Below are positions 24,369 through 37,896 of a stretch of DNA of 64,000 nt, one piece after another. A program made the translations under genes and the position numbers. Numbering within the stretch: the stretch's first letter is position 1; every line of letters starts with the position of its first letter. The DNA lies in NCBI RefSeq assembly GCF_006345805.1, contig NC_043001.1, forward strand, positions 74,214,001 to 74,278,000, written 5' to 3'. Origin of the DNA: Octopus sinensis. Taxonomy: Eukaryota. Below the pieces are notes generated by a model, which searched no databases, was not told the DNA's origin, and saw only the letters and a program-made list of their open reading frames with translations.

Positions 24369-26544
24369 TCTATGTATATAAAACAAAGGATGTCTGTTCT
24401 TGTAGTACATAACCGGGAAAAACGGTATTTTACACGTGTTTTTCTCTAAAAACTTCTGCAGTTTTCAATCGATTCTCTCCTTTTTCTCTCTGTCTATTCC
24501 TCTCTTCTCTCTCTTTTTCTCATTCTCTGTTTCCCTTGCGTACACGTATTCTCTCACACCCTCTGTAATAGTTCCTTTCGTTTAGTCTATGTTTGTTTCT
24601 TTCATTCTCCCTCTCCCTCTCTTTCTAACTCATTCACACACTTACTAACTTCTATCTACAAACTGACTTCCGCATATTTCAATTAGTCGCGCGTAAAAAT
24701 CTCTGGTTTTACGGTTTTTGTACATTCTCCCTGAAAAATAATTTAGTTATTTTTTATTTTTGCTTACCCAGTGTGTTTAAATTCAGTTTTGCCGCATCTG
24801 CCTAAAAACCGACTTCAAATTTGTCTTTTCCGTATTTGTACGTTCTCCCTACAACATTAAAATAATATAAATGCGCCCTTTTTAAAGCCTAGCCAGGCTC
24901 ATGGGCCCGGTTTCCCAGTTTCAATAGTGTATGTGTTCCCCAGCTGGACGGGACGCCAGTCCATCGCAGCGTTACTCATTTTTGCCAGCTGAGTGGACTG
25001 GAGCAATTTGAAATGAAACATTTTGCTCAAGAGCACAACGCGTCACTCGGTCCAGGAATCGAAATCACAATCTTACGATCATGATGCTGACACCCTAACC
25101 ACTAAGCCACGCGCCTCCACCCCTACAACATTACTTTACTTATTTTAAATTTCTTGCACTCCGTCTATTTAAATACACTATTTACATTTCTCCCTCTATC
25201 GAAAAACGTTCTGCATGCGGTCGTGCATGCGTACGTATGACCGCTATGGGCTACATACAGCCGATAAGCTTTTATTACAAACCAATGAGATTTCAACTAC
25301 GTCACATGCGTTAGAAAAACTATGCTAAAGCGGCTCAAGTTTTTTCACTCAAGCTAATTTCTTCTAGAGCATTATATGCTCAAACGGGGTTTGTAAGTTC
25401 CGTCTACAAATTGACTTCCTTGTATTTAAATTAAACGTGCGTAACTGTTGTTAAGGTTTTTGTAAGTTCTCCATCAAAAAATAATTTGTTATGTGATTCC
25501 AGTTCTTTGTGGAAAGGGAGATGACGTCTTCATACCGAGGATTCCTCAGTGTGCTTAAATTCAGTTAAAAATTGACTTCAGTGTATTCCAATTTTGTCGT
25601 GCGTAGATATCTTTGTCTTTACGGTATATATACGTTCTCCCAACAAAGGAGGTCTGTGTATCTGTGTGTGTGTACTTCGCATACATTTCTAGTCTTCAAC
25701 CGATTTTCACCAAATTTTACACACACATTACTTATTTATCAAGGATGGTCACGCACTATAACATTTTGCCCAGAGTTCCCACTTAAAGCGAGAAACTGAA
25801 AAACGGTGTTTCACACGGGTTTTTTCTAAAAATTCCTGCAGTTTTCAACCGATTTTCTCCGTTTTCTCTCTCTAAATTTGTTACACTCCGTGTATTTAAA
25901 TGTACTTTTGCCAAATCTGCATTTTGTAATTGAAGCTTCTCAACTCTGATATAATGCCACCTAAGAAACGAGCCCATATTGGTTAAGATGGGCACAGTGG
26001 AATGCAACGCTGACAGAGGCCACTGCATCAAAGTCTCATGGTCCATCACAGTCAACAGGAGTGTTTCTACCTCAGTCTTTTACTGTACGAGGACAGAGAG
26101 CCAACATGTTTCCATGACCTGAAAACCTTTGATGGCGGGGTATTTGGAACATACCGGGAGGCCTGCTTCAAGCACGGGTTGCTAGAAGATGGGGAACAGT
26201 GTCATGCAACGCTGGCAAAGGCCGCTGCATCAAAGTACCTCAAAAGTCTCAGGGCATAGTTTACAGTGATATTGCAAACATGCACGTTATGTGAATCCAG
26301 TTCTTTGTGTTTTCAGTACAGGGATGTGGTAAGGGAGATGATGTCTTCATACCGAGGATTCCCCTTATTCCGTCGGGAGCAGAAATCCCCATTTCTTTCA
26401 GGCGGTTGTAATTTTCTGATCATTTTTTGCGATATCGAGCAAAAAATCGCTGGAGCAAACACTCTCTGTGGCAGGACTTCACCTGGAGGACTTGTTAGCA
26501 GCGCTGCCAAAGTTGGTACAAGCAACGCCAGGTACCTCTGCTAG
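24369..26544 (+). mobile_element. Non-autonomous Helitron with RepHel remnants
   Basis: A|TC 5' end and CTAG|T 3' end preceded by a degenerate hairpin (gtac..caacgccaggtac). MPPKKR start is joined by deletion to SQQECFYLSLLL..PTCFHDLKTFDG..TYREAC..GLLED. Confidence 0.82.
24861..25120 (-). mobile_element. tRNA-derived SINE inserted in the Helitron, with 13-bp TSD
   Basis: ccctacaacatta at 24848-24860 and 25121-25133; A/B boxes on the minus strand. Confidence 0.85.
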
Positions 26545-26569
26545 TAGTTAATAATTACAATCAATTAAA

Positions 26570-27220
26570 GCGGTGAACTGGCTGAATCGTTAACACGCCG
26601 GATAAAATGCTTAGGACATTTCTTCCGGCTCAAATTTCACCGAGGTATGAGCTGAGCACTGGGGTCAATGTGATTGACTTCCCCCTCTTCTCAAAATTGT
26701 CGGCCTTGTGCCAAAATTAGAAAGAATTATTATTACTCATTAACGTTATGAGCTAGCAGAATCTTTAGTAAGCCAGATAAAATGCTTAGCAACGTTTCTT
26801 CGGGCTCTTTACGTTCTGCGTTCAAATTTCTCCTTGGTCAACTTTGCCTGTAATCCTTTCGGGTTCGAGCACTGGTGGTTAATGTTATCAACTAGCCTCC
26901 AACTCCCAATGTTTTGGCACTTTATGCCTATTATTGAAGGAATTATTGCAACCAATAAGGCGGCAAGCTGGCAGAAGAGATATGCGCGTCGGACAAAATG
27001 CTTAGCGGCATTTCTTCCGGCTCTTTACGTTTTGAGTTCAACTTGTTTTATAGAGAAAAGACCAGGAACTGTGGAAAAGGAAACAATCAGTTAAATCGAT
27101 TCCAGTACATGGCTGGTATTTACTTTATTATCGTCAGCGGAGGAATGAAAAGTACAGTTGACCTCAGCGAATGCTTGAACTCAGGACGTAAAGAGCCGGA
27201 ACGAATACAGCAGGACGCTT
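26570..27220. mobile_element. Cluster of diverged S1 SINE copies
   Basis: Repeated S1 heads at about 26570, 26745 and 26955, and a minus copy at 27060-27220. Confidence 0.7.
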
Positions 27221-27259
27221 TACTTGGCACCACCGCCATCACTCCTGCTGCTGCTGCTG

Positions 27260-27324
<65 letters not shown>

Positions 27325-27326
27325 GG

Positions 27327-27369
<43 letters not shown>

Positions 27370-27867
27370 GACGACGACGACGACGATGCACGCAGTCGAT
27401 GACAGAATCTCTAGAACGCTTTATATTGCTTAGTTACATCCTCTTACGGTCTAGATTAAAATCCTCCGCAGAGTTCACAAAATGAACCATTGGTGAAGTA
27501 CTGTATTGTTTTAAACTCGGTTCTAAGAGAGTACGAATGGCATTAGGTGATCTCGATTCGCAGGAAATAACAACCAAATCATTCTGAAATTTAAACTTAG
27601 TCATGTGTTTCTAAAATAATATAGTCCTGGATATGAAGACGCGTGGCCTAGTGGTCAGTGTGTTTGGCTCATGAATCTAAAGCACTGGCTTCAGTTTCTA
27701 GACGAGAGGGTGTCTATGTCTCTCTTGATTATACAAACACCTAAAACAACTACAGAAAGCGTGTTACATGTTATCAAGCCATTCTCACGTGCGAGAGACG
27801 ACTGGAAAGCATTTTAACATAGGCCTGCTCAATCATAGCTAAACCGGGGTTAAGCAACAACAACAGC

Positions 27868-28060
27868 AGTGGAGGTGCAATGGCCTGTGGTTAGGGCAGC
27901 GGACTCGCGGTCGCAAGAACACGGTTTCGATTCCCAGACCGGGCATTGTGAGTGTTTATTGAGCAAAAAACACCTAAGCTCCACGAGGCTCCGGCAGGGG
28001 TGGTGGTGGTGGTGGTGAACCCCACTGTACTCTTTCACCACAACTTTCTCTCACTCTTTC
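27868..28060 (+). mobile_element. S3 tRNA-derived SINE
   Basis: ggaggtgcaatggcctgtggttagggcagcggactcgcgg...ggtttcgattcccagaccggg. Confidence 0.85.
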
Positions 28061-28079
28061 TTCATACTTCTGCCACAAA

Positions 28080-28440
28080 GCAGAAGAACCATGGTGCAAT
28101 CCAGTAAGGTGTGGTAAACTTTCAGACCCTAGTCTAGATTGCGAATCCTCTGCACCCCAGGATGGTTCAGCTCTCCACCCGTTAAAAGCCACCGTTTTCG
28201 GAATGAGGATAACAACGTAGCTTTCGCGCCCTTGCAACCGCCAATCTATCGGTGGTGGGTCGATCTTCAAGTTGCCTCACGCATTCTTAGTAGCTTAGAG
28301 CAGGCTCAAATTAGAGATTATTCTTTGTGGCTAATGGCGTGAGTCCTGATTGGAAGAAGAAGAAGAAGAAGAAGAAGAAGAAGAAGAAGAAGAAGAAGAA
28401 GAAGAAGAAGAAGAAGAAGAAGAAGAAGAAGAAGAAGAAA
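28080..28440 (+). mobile_element. Possible retroposon 3' end with (AAG)n tail
   Basis: GC-richer block ending directly in (AAG)n at about 28353-28438; no diagnostic ORF motif. Confidence 0.3.
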
Positions 28441-28858
28441 ACAGCAACAACAACAACGATGACACCATGCTCCTAAAATGTGTGCCATTGTGCCAGTATG
28501 ATACATTAATGTTTTTGTAGCTTATGTAACGGCAACATTTTCTATTTCCCCTGTTTTAAAGTCAGCCATTCTAAACATCAACCCAGACAGCAGTCTCAGT
28601 TTACGCTTCTTATCCCCGCAAGAAATACCACCAGAGATGATGCTGATAATTCCAACATTGAATTGAATAGAGATCAGCCATTATAAAGCAGCTGTTCTGT
28701 GTAATGTCTGAATGTTAATCCCAGAAATTGTCTCGAGGAATTTTTTTACTTATAATACGTAAATTTTGGAGAGTTGGGTGTAACTGAAAGCCGAGAGAAA
28801 AACCTATGAGCGTTGTTTGTACTGGAGGTCAACGTATTAGCTAAATATAGCCATACAC

Positions 28859-28912
<54 letters not shown>

Positions 28913-29077
28913 ATATGCTTATGTATATATGTATACGTATAAAACACAAATACAAATATTCTATATATTTACACACAAATATGCATATATACATTCATAA
29001 ATATGTTTGGTGAGTGCTTATAAACTGTATTATGCATTTGCTTAATTATGTAGTTTATAAAATTATTGAATGCGTAT

Positions 29078-29113
<36 letters not shown>

Positions 29114-29125
29114 ATATATATAATA

Positions 29126-29175
<50 letters not shown>

Positions 29176-29488
29176 AGCAATAAGAAAATTGAGGGGATCA
29201 ATAAGTGGTGCATCAATTTTTAGACATTATATTATGTCAACTTATTTGTTTATTTATTAAATGACAGAATATACATACATGTATGACATATTATGCCTTA
29301 CATATAAAATATATTAATATATAAGGATATCAGTAATTATTAAAATATAACATACAGGAATATATATATATGTTAGGCACTATATAATAATATTTATAGG
29401 AAGTGCATTGAATAATATTATATGTAGTTCTGTATTCACATTCATGCGAACAGCTATAAAAATCATGCATAGATACATAGATACATAG

Positions 29489-29565
<77 letters not shown>

Positions 29566-29734
29566 AAATTTAAAGCAGTATGATTCGGTTCAGTGCCAGG
29601 CTTCTTACAGAAACCCACCTCGTCCGGCTCAGTTACACACACACACACAGATAAACACACACACGCACACACACCACACACACACACGCTCATACACACA
29701 CGCATTTGGACAAATACACATAATTCGACTAGTG

Positions 29735-30351
29735 GAAATTCCTCTTGTTTGTATTTTTCAATGCCAAGCTTATTAAGAAGCCAACTGACATCTCTGCAAT
29801 AAACCAGCTCTTTCTCTTTTGTGAAGAAAGAAAGGAACTCTTCATGCCGACTCCGATAAAAGGTTATATGGACCCCATTCTCTAGAAAATTCTTCTCTTT
29901 CAGTCGGGAAGCCAACAGTTCTGCACAATTTTTTTGGAGGTTTAAGTCAAGAACTAGATCATTCAGCTCTACCTGGGAGAATAACTGAGGTAAAGTCTCA
30001 ACTGAAAAGTCTTGATCTCTGGTGTCAACTTTTGGTGATGAATCTTCTTTGGTTGAGGGTAAAGTTATCTGAGGCAAGACATTGAAGATAGGAACTGGTA
30101 GCTCTTCATTGTGTGAAACCGGTCTAATAGCAGAGGCAAGATCAGGATAGAGAAGCGTTTGTCGATTTTTCCGGTTAATACCTTTCAAATTTACATTATA
30201 AAAATAGCAGTCGTCCACGCGATTATAGGGCTCAATTACTTAGAAACTAGATTTGGTAGGTCAAAAAGAAGGTTATATTTCGATTCAGGAGGCCGATTTT
30301 GTATAGGATTGATGTCTATTTCCTAAACATCAAAAACCTTGTAGACCAGTG
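29735..30351 (-). mobile_element. DNA transposase fragment, Chapaev3-like (CMC superfamily), with one CACTGG terminus
   Basis: DDCYFY.VNLKGINRKNR..YPDL.SAIRPV.H.EELPVP and FSQVELNDLV.DLNL.K..AELLASRLKEKN..ITFYR.R..LVYC.DV..LL..LG motifs; minus strand begins CACTGGTCTAC at 30351. Family name is from recall of the motif, not a search. Confidence 0.65.
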
Positions 30352-30549
30352 CTTTGAATGTTTAAAAATTGAATGCTGTGAGTTAAAATCACCTTTTTTT
30401 TTTCAACATTTGTCTGTTTATTAGCGAAGTCTCATTCAGCTGTTAAACATAAATAAATCTTGGAATAAAATGGTTCTGATTTACTGCCAGGTGTATATAT
30501 ATGTATGCATATATATATATATATCTATATATATATATATATATAATAT

Positions 30550-30591
<42 letters not shown>

Positions 30592-31002
30592 AATGTATGT
30601 ATATATGTATGTGTGTGTGTGTGAGTGCGCGCGTGTGTGTGTATGCACGAACATGAAACTACTTGTCTAAGCATTAATCTTCCTTTCTCCTTCTACTTTC
30701 CTCTTAGCAGTTATGACAGCGAAAGCTGATTAGGTCATTTTATCGAAACTGGAACGCAAGATTTCCACGTTCATATTGGTATTTTTAGCGTTTCTATAAT
30801 ATTATTTGCATTTATTCATTCTCGAACTTGATGGGCATATAACAACAAGCCTATCAGCACTAAAAGTTACTAGTAAGATTTCTTTATCAATGTACCTGAA
30901 GAGACCCAGACTGATGGGTCGATACATATGTCGTACCTAATAAAAGCCTAATACGAAATCCATACCCTACTATTAATTAATACTATATGTATATGTATAT
31001 GT

Positions 31003-31140
<138 letters not shown>

Positions 31141-31194
31141 TATAAATTTATACAAACATAAATGTATATATATATATATATATATAATATATAT

Positions 31195-31500
31195 ACACGC
31201 ACACACACATACACATATATTACGGTATCGACAATACTAGCTGATGTTGTCATACATCGCTTGTCACAATGCGCTTCGCATTGTTTTAACTTTCGAATGA
31301 TGCTACCCCATTGGCTAGGTGAGCAGGTCAACATTCCTCCTGATCGGAAGGCTATTCTGTTGCAGGGTTACTCCTTTACAGCTGAGTGGACTGGAGCAAC
31401 TGAAATGAAGTGTTTTGCTCAAGACACCCGGTCATGACACCCGGTCCGGGAACCGAACCCACGATCACTGATCGTGAGTGCAATACTCTAACCACTGAGT
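31195..31500 (-). mobile_element. tRNA-derived SINE
   Basis: gctgagtggactggagcaa and gggaaccgaacccacgatc...ctaaccactgag (reverse A/B boxes). Confidence 0.7.
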
Positions 31501-32197
31501 ATTGCAGAGGGGTTTAGCACGTAATTTCGTAAGCACCAGCGGATGAGACTGTGGTATCATGTGATTTCAGCGTAAAGTGTGCGTCAAAAGCAAGGGACCT
31601 CCAAGCACGAAATGTCAGATCGATGTTCCATCAAATCGACAGGGTTTAACACTGATTGAACAATCAGTAATGATGCAAGAATCTGTCGGATTGTGTATAA
31701 CTCAAATATTGATGACAGAAGCTGCCTTCATAACGAATATCAATGTGCACACCCAACTTAACTAGATGATCCACACTTTGAAGGTTCTTCAAACATGAAA
31801 TCGTTCGGTATATGAATTGACTGTTATGAGATTAAACTTATAATACTATATAGATAATATATCTTGTTATATTAGCAAATATACAGGCGGCTATTATCTA
31901 ATTTACGATAGCTTATCGGACCACTAAGTATGATACAGAACAAATATATGTGTATACACACACGCACTCTCTCCCCACATATATATGCATATACATGCAT
32001 ATTCACATACTAACCGACATACACTTGTAAGTATGTGTGTGTGTGTGTGTGTGTATTTATGTAAAATAAGGATTCAGGTAGAATCAGATATACATCAGGT
32101 AGGGTTGAATAAATCTGTAGTACCGGCCTACGGTTGATAAGTATCAAATAGGATATTCCGGTTGTGCACTCGGAGAAAACCAGCCCTATGAATATAT

Positions 32198-32360
32198 CTA
32201 TTATATAAAATCCGTTCTGTCTGTCTGTGTGTGTGTCTTCTAGAATCTCGGCATCCTCCATCCGATTGAGCTAAAATTTGATATGTAGATACCGAAGGTA
32301 TCAGGGGCGTGTATAAGTCTTGAAAAAATTACAAAAATCAATTCCAGGTACTTTAAACTC
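32198..32360 (+). mobile_element. 5' end of a non-autonomous Helitron-like element
   Basis: atctattatataaaa followed by (ctgt)n and atctcggcatcctccatccgattgagctaaaatttg. Confidence 0.5.
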
Positions 32361-32578
32361 TTCGGTTGCATATTTGTGTGAATAATATCGTTTTTCTTTG
32401 GAATAGAAAAAAGTCTATCGTTATTTCTTCTTTTGCTGGTGTCTCAAATTTAGGTTAAATCAGTGTTTCTCAAAAGGGAGGCCTATGGGACGGTCGGACA
32501 AGATGTTTTGAGAAAATTTGGTTTAAATATTTGACAACTGAGCACCGTTCATTGGACGGGGGCGGGGGACGTTTTGCT

Positions 32579-32626
<48 letters not shown>

Positions 32627-32806
32627 CTGCAATGTGTCGATAAACACTTTCTTGGCCAAGGAGGCATGGCTACCTTGAAAGTTTTTGTCACCTACGTACC
32701 AATTATGCTCTCTCCCCACATAACATATAATCAAACACTTACCAACACGCTCAATATATTAAATTTGATGGAAAATACACGCAAAACCACCCACAAACAT
32801 ACACAC

Positions 32807-32853
<47 letters not shown>

Positions 32854-32909
32854 TGTATATGTTTATATATTTATGAATGCGCGCACACACACATTTGTTT
32901 ATATATTTG

Positions 32910-32984
<75 letters not shown>

Positions 32985-33074
32985 TTGTATTCTAACTTTC
33001 AGTATTATCTATTTTCGTAGCGATTCTATTTATTCCTTTATTGCTTTCATAATTCTCTTTATTTTACTTTATAT

Positions 33075-34690
33075 GTAGGAGTGGCTGTGTGGTAAGTAGC
33101 TTACTTACCAACCACATGGTTCCGGGTTCTTCTACTAATAGCCTCGGGCTGACCAAAGCCTTGTGAGTGGATTTGGTAGACGGAAACTGAAAGAAGCCCG
33201 TCGTATATGTGTATATATATGTGTGTATGCGTTCGTGTGTCTGTGTTTGTCCCCCCCCCCAACATCATCATCATCATTGTTCGACCGTGGTCGAGACAAT
33301 GGAATTTACCATACTACGCCAGACTTCACGGTCCATCATAGCATTTCGGAGGTCCTGTTGCTGGATGCCAGTATCCCTGGAGATTACATCAGGGTAGGAG
33401 AGTGTGCGCCCTCTGGTATTGCGAGTAGATGGCTTCCAGAGGAGAAGAGTAGAAATTACCTCTTTTTCAGCTCTACAACAATGTCCAGCAAACTGGACTC
33501 TCTTACCTTTCACAAGAGATGAGACAGGTGATAGTTTCCCATATATTTGCATTTTGGTTGGATGGCGCTTCCACGAGAGATTTTGAGCTCTCATAAGGAG
33601 GCGAGTGTAGGTTCCATAACCGCCTCTCAAGCTTCTTTGATAACATCCAGGTTTCTGAGCCATATAGTAGAATTGGTTCGACTGTGGCTTTGAAGATTTC
33701 AAGTTTGAAGTCTCTACTTAGATTTGATGACCAGATCTTATGCATGTCATTACAGGCTGACCAGGCCATACCCTTTCTAGTTAGAAAGTCTTTTCCCGAT
33801 GATGATATGTATGACCCAAGATATTTGTGATTAGAAACCATATTTAAGGGCGCATTGTTGAGAGTATGGATGATGCAATCACTGTTGGACAGGCACTTGT
33901 TTATGTATTCAGTCTTGGCCTCATTGAGGTAAAGACCTACACAATTTGAGGCTTGTTCAATAGATTGTAAAAGAGACTGGGCATTGGAGAGAGAATCACT
34001 GATAAGAGCGATGTCGTCAGCAAAGTCAGTGTCTGTCAAGTACTCAGCTGGGTGTATGGAACTTCTTCTTGGTTTTATTTCAAAGCCCTTGCCAGAGATG
34101 GTATCAACTGACATACGTAGCACATAATCAACAACAATGATGAAAAGAAATGGGGCGAGTGTGTCACCCTGCAGTATTCCGGCTTTGATTGAGAAAGATG
34201 ATGTTTCTCCGTCAGGGGTTAAGATGGTTGAAGACGTATCTGTGTAGAGGACCTTGATGGCAGAAATGATTTTGTCTGGTATCCCATAGAGCTTAAGGAT
34301 TTCAAACATCTTGTACCTATCTACAGAATCGAACGCTTTAGAAAAGTCTACAAATACCATTGCAAGATCGCGATTAAATGCTTTTGATTCTTCAATAAGT
34401 CTGCGTAGGCATAGTATCTGGCTCAGCGTTGAGCGCCCATGTCTGAATCCGTTTTGGTTCTTTCGGAGCAAAGGTTCAACAGTTTTGCAGCAATTGACAT
34501 TAGAGATATACCCCCAACATCGCTTGACAACCGATGCTGGTGTGTTTACGTCCCCGTAACTTAACGATTCGGCAAAAAGAAACCGATAGAATAAGTACTA
34601 GGTTTACAAAGAATAAGTCCTGGGACCGATTTGCTCGACTAAAGGCGGTGTTCCAGCATGGCCGCAGTCAAAATGACTGACACAAGTAAA
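33075..34690 (+). mobile_element. S2 SINE split by an RTE insertion
   Basis: Head at 33075-33260 and tail at 34511-34690 are collinear with intact S2 copies. Confidence 0.85.
33267..34510 (-). mobile_element. 5'-truncated RTE-clade LINE with nearly intact reverse transcriptase
   Basis: 322-aa ORF with QNGFR, FVDFSKAFD, GILQGDTLAP, DFADD, YLGS and LLYGSETW; one frameshift to the C-terminus; (TGA)n tail; TSD cccccaacatc at 33256-33266 and 34511-34521. Confidence 0.93.
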
Positions 34691-34887
34691 AAGAAAAAAA
34701 AAGAAAAAAAAACGAAAAGGAAAAAAAATATATACATACACATACATATATACGTACATACATACATGCATGCATACATACATTCATATTTACACATGCC
34801 CACTACTCGCATACACATATATTCACCCACACACATACGCACGCGTGCGTACACACACACACACACGCGAACATACACACGCATACG

Positions 34888-34963
<76 letters not shown>

Positions 34964-35344
34964 TTAACTTTTAGTTTTATCTATTTTCTTTGCGATTCTA
35001 CTTCTCCTTTAATAGCTTGCATACACACAAGACACGCACACACGCACAACGCGCGCACGCGCGCATATATATGTTATATATATATATGTTATATATGTTT
35101 ATTTAATTTAGTTCCTGACCGATTTGAGTGTTTCCTTTCTCACAACCGAATCATAAAGAAGCAAAGAATGGAATTTAAAATATTCCTGTAGTAAGGCAGC
35201 AGACAAGTCGATACGATGTATAGGAACAGGTCAAATCCACAAGATGTCTGCCTCACCAAATAAACTCTTTATTTAATCAATTCCAACTAGGTCACGAAGA
35301 ATTTCGTAATTTCCACTTAAATACATTATTCAGACATTCATGAC

Positions 35345-35710
35345 GTATGTATGTATGTATGTATGTATGTATGTATGTATGTATGTATGTATGTATGTAT
35401 GTGTGTATGTATGTATGTATGTGTGTATGCATCTAGTATGTATGTATGTATGTATGTATGTATGTATGTATGTATGTATGTATGTATGTATATATGTGTG
35501 TATGTATGTTTGTATGTATGTATGTATGTATGTATGTATGTATATGTGTGTATGTATGTATGTATAAATGTATGTATATATGTATGTATGTATGTATGTA
35601 TGCATGTATGTGTGTGTGTGTATGTATGATTGTATGTCTGTATGTATGTATGTATGTATGTATGTATGTGTGTGTATGCATGAATGTGTATATGTATGTT
35701 AGTATGTATG
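35345..35710. repeat. (TATG)n microsatellite
   Basis: Direct inspection. Confidence 0.95.
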
Positions 35711-35714
35711 TTCT

Positions 35715-36560
35715 CTTCTATTTTTAATTATTCGAAGTCTTCCTGTAAGGAAGGCGTTGATCTTTAACAAGGATACAAAGCTCCATTTTTGGAATCGAGA
35801 TAAAAAAAATCAACTTCCCATTTTGAACTTGAGAAACGCCTTACATATTTTTACTGTTCCACTAATAGATTGTACTTGTAATATACAAATAAGCTGGCTG
35901 ATTTCTTTTTCTGAAAAACCCAACTTACCCAGATTGTCACTCAGGCATTTACCCAGAAAACCAAGTTCACCAATCATTACTGATATACATGTGAATTTAC
36001 AATCTGGATATAGAAGCTGGAGGTTTCGAAGGTTATCCTCTTCCTCTCTAATTTTCGAAGAGATATTCACATCAGCTAGGCAGTTGACCTCTATGATGGT
36101 ACATACTTTTTTGTTTGTCTCAAATGGAAATATCCAACATGTTATCCAACATGTTATGGTCACATTTGTTTGATGTTTTGATGGGAATGTTCCACCAGTA
36201 TTCCTTGTGTTGGTGTTTATGTATGTATCCAATAAGAGGGGAATTATCGATATTTATCGGAGGACAGCAATTTTTTTCGGATGACATTGTATATTGTTTT
36301 ATCAACAACATCGTGCCGCATAGGGCAGGTGTACATTGATGATATCTATGGGCAGCGGCCTCGCATGGCGTCTTTCCCTGAAATGTGATATAATCTACAT
36401 TTTCGGCTGCATATTGGAGACTTCAAGGATTTCATTGTCTCTTTTATTTATTAGGTATTTTGAGGCAATCTCCAGTTCTTGGATTACATATGCATAGCCT
36501 CCGAAGTGTGAAGTATTGTAGCAGTTACCCGTCCAAGAGAGGCAGTATTTCCTGTCAATA
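35715..36560 (-). mobile_element. RLE-type LINE 3' fragment, family with a LQxQSISGTVKICK C-terminus
   Basis: IQELEIASKYLINKRD, KEYWWNIPIKT, TIIEVNC.AD.NI..KIREEED.LRNLQLLYPD, IGELG..LQVQSISGTVKICKAF. Confidence 0.8.
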
Positions 36561-37005
36561 TTAGTGTCGTATTCGAGGCGGCGTGCTGGCAGAATCGATA
36601 GCATGCTGGGCAAAATTCTTAGCGGCATGTCATCCGTCTTTACGTTCTGAGTGTAAATTCCACCTTCGATAAGTACCAGTTGAGCTCTGGGGTCGATTTG
36701 TTAAACTTACCCCAATCCCAATCTTGCTGGCCTTGTGCCAAAATTTGAATCCATATTGCTGTCATCTTCAAATATTCGGGAAAGAAACCCATGCATAACA
36801 CTGTGTACCAAAATTATTAAAAAAAAATTTTGTCGTTGGTCAGTAAGTGTTATTTCGTATTTGCTTGTGTCTGGAAATCAAAGGAAATAAGTACTATTCT
36901 CTTCAAACTTTGCTTTTGTCACCTGGACATCAGTGTTTTGAAACTGACCTATTTTCCATTACATTTCAGACAGATTCAGCGCCGAGCTGCTGAAGCAGAA
37001 ATATC

Positions 37006-37190
37006 ATTATAGCACATATTCTGCTCAATACCACATATTTACTTGTCAGTTGTTTGACCTTAACCACTTGAGCATGCCCCTTTGTCGCTGGTCCCTTTGC
37101 ATGTCCCTTTGTCCTTGATCATGAGCATGAGTTGTAGAGGAGCATAATAGCCATGTGTTGAGAAGGATTCTTTGGAGTTTGAATAAATAT
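37006..37190 (+). mobile_element. Internal fragment of non-coding element C
   Basis: atattctgctcaataccaca..ttgtcagttgtttgacc..aacca.ttgagcatg matches about 17340-17500. Confidence 0.7.
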
Positions 37191-37329
37191 AACGAAAGCA
37201 AAGTTTGAAAGAAATATTAGCCATTTTTTAAACATTCTAGGAGTAAGCAAATAGGAAATAACAGTTGCTACCCAAGGACAAAAACTGTATAACACAGTGT
37301 AATCTGTTTTTAGCATGCTGGACATGCAA

Positions 37330-37590
37330 GATACTCTTTGCTTTTCAGCGCTAGGCTTATCGATTTATTTTTGCTACCGTTGTTTAACAAGTACTGTCTG
37401 AGATAGGCTATACGATATTGGAAGCCTGTCTCCACTGGTCTCAAGCCTCTACCTTCTTCATCTCTTCTTAGGAAGAGCCTACCGATATCAGTACTCTTGT
37501 GGAAGCTTCCAGTTGAAACCAGGATCTTCCGAAATTTCAAAAATGTTTCCCTGTCTTTTGTTCCCTTAAAGTTCTCTTCAAAATGCATAT
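37330..37590 (-). mobile_element. RLE-type LINE fragment (post-RT region)
   Basis: RKILVSTGSFHKSTDIGRLFLRRDEEGRGL..VE; probably the upstream part of the 35715-36560 copy. Confidence 0.65.
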
Positions 37591-37896
37591 TTTTTTAACA
37601 AAGTTTTGCAGAGGTTTGTTTTGTGGGTGAGCTGGAGCTCTGCTAAGATACCATTCTAAAACAGTTTATCAACAAAATCGTAATCTACACGCTCGAAAAA
37701 TGCATATCTGCAACATTTCATTAAAATATACTCATTTAAAGAAAGTTATGTCAAAACAACAGCGAGGTGGAGTATTAATCTGTAGTTATTCCCACTCATT
37801 TTTTTCTATCATCATCAACATCCTAGACCCCGCAGTAACTTCTACTATCAGTTCTTCCTTTCCAGGACGTCATCATTCTGGAATTATCTACGTAGG

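Noticed and set aside
25515-25550. Minus-strand CTGAGGA..GAAG.ACGTC hammerhead-like string
   Set aside because: GAAG instead of GAAA, weak stem II, and it lies in duplicated Helitron sequence.
29463-29735. C-terminal ~90 aa of the 251-aa ORF
   Set aside because: Read-through into (TG)n; only 29735-30218 is transposase.
31760-31820. CTAGATGA..TTTGAA/TTCAAA..GAAA TCG-TT-CGG TA
   Set aside because: Core has an insertion and stem I is out of register.
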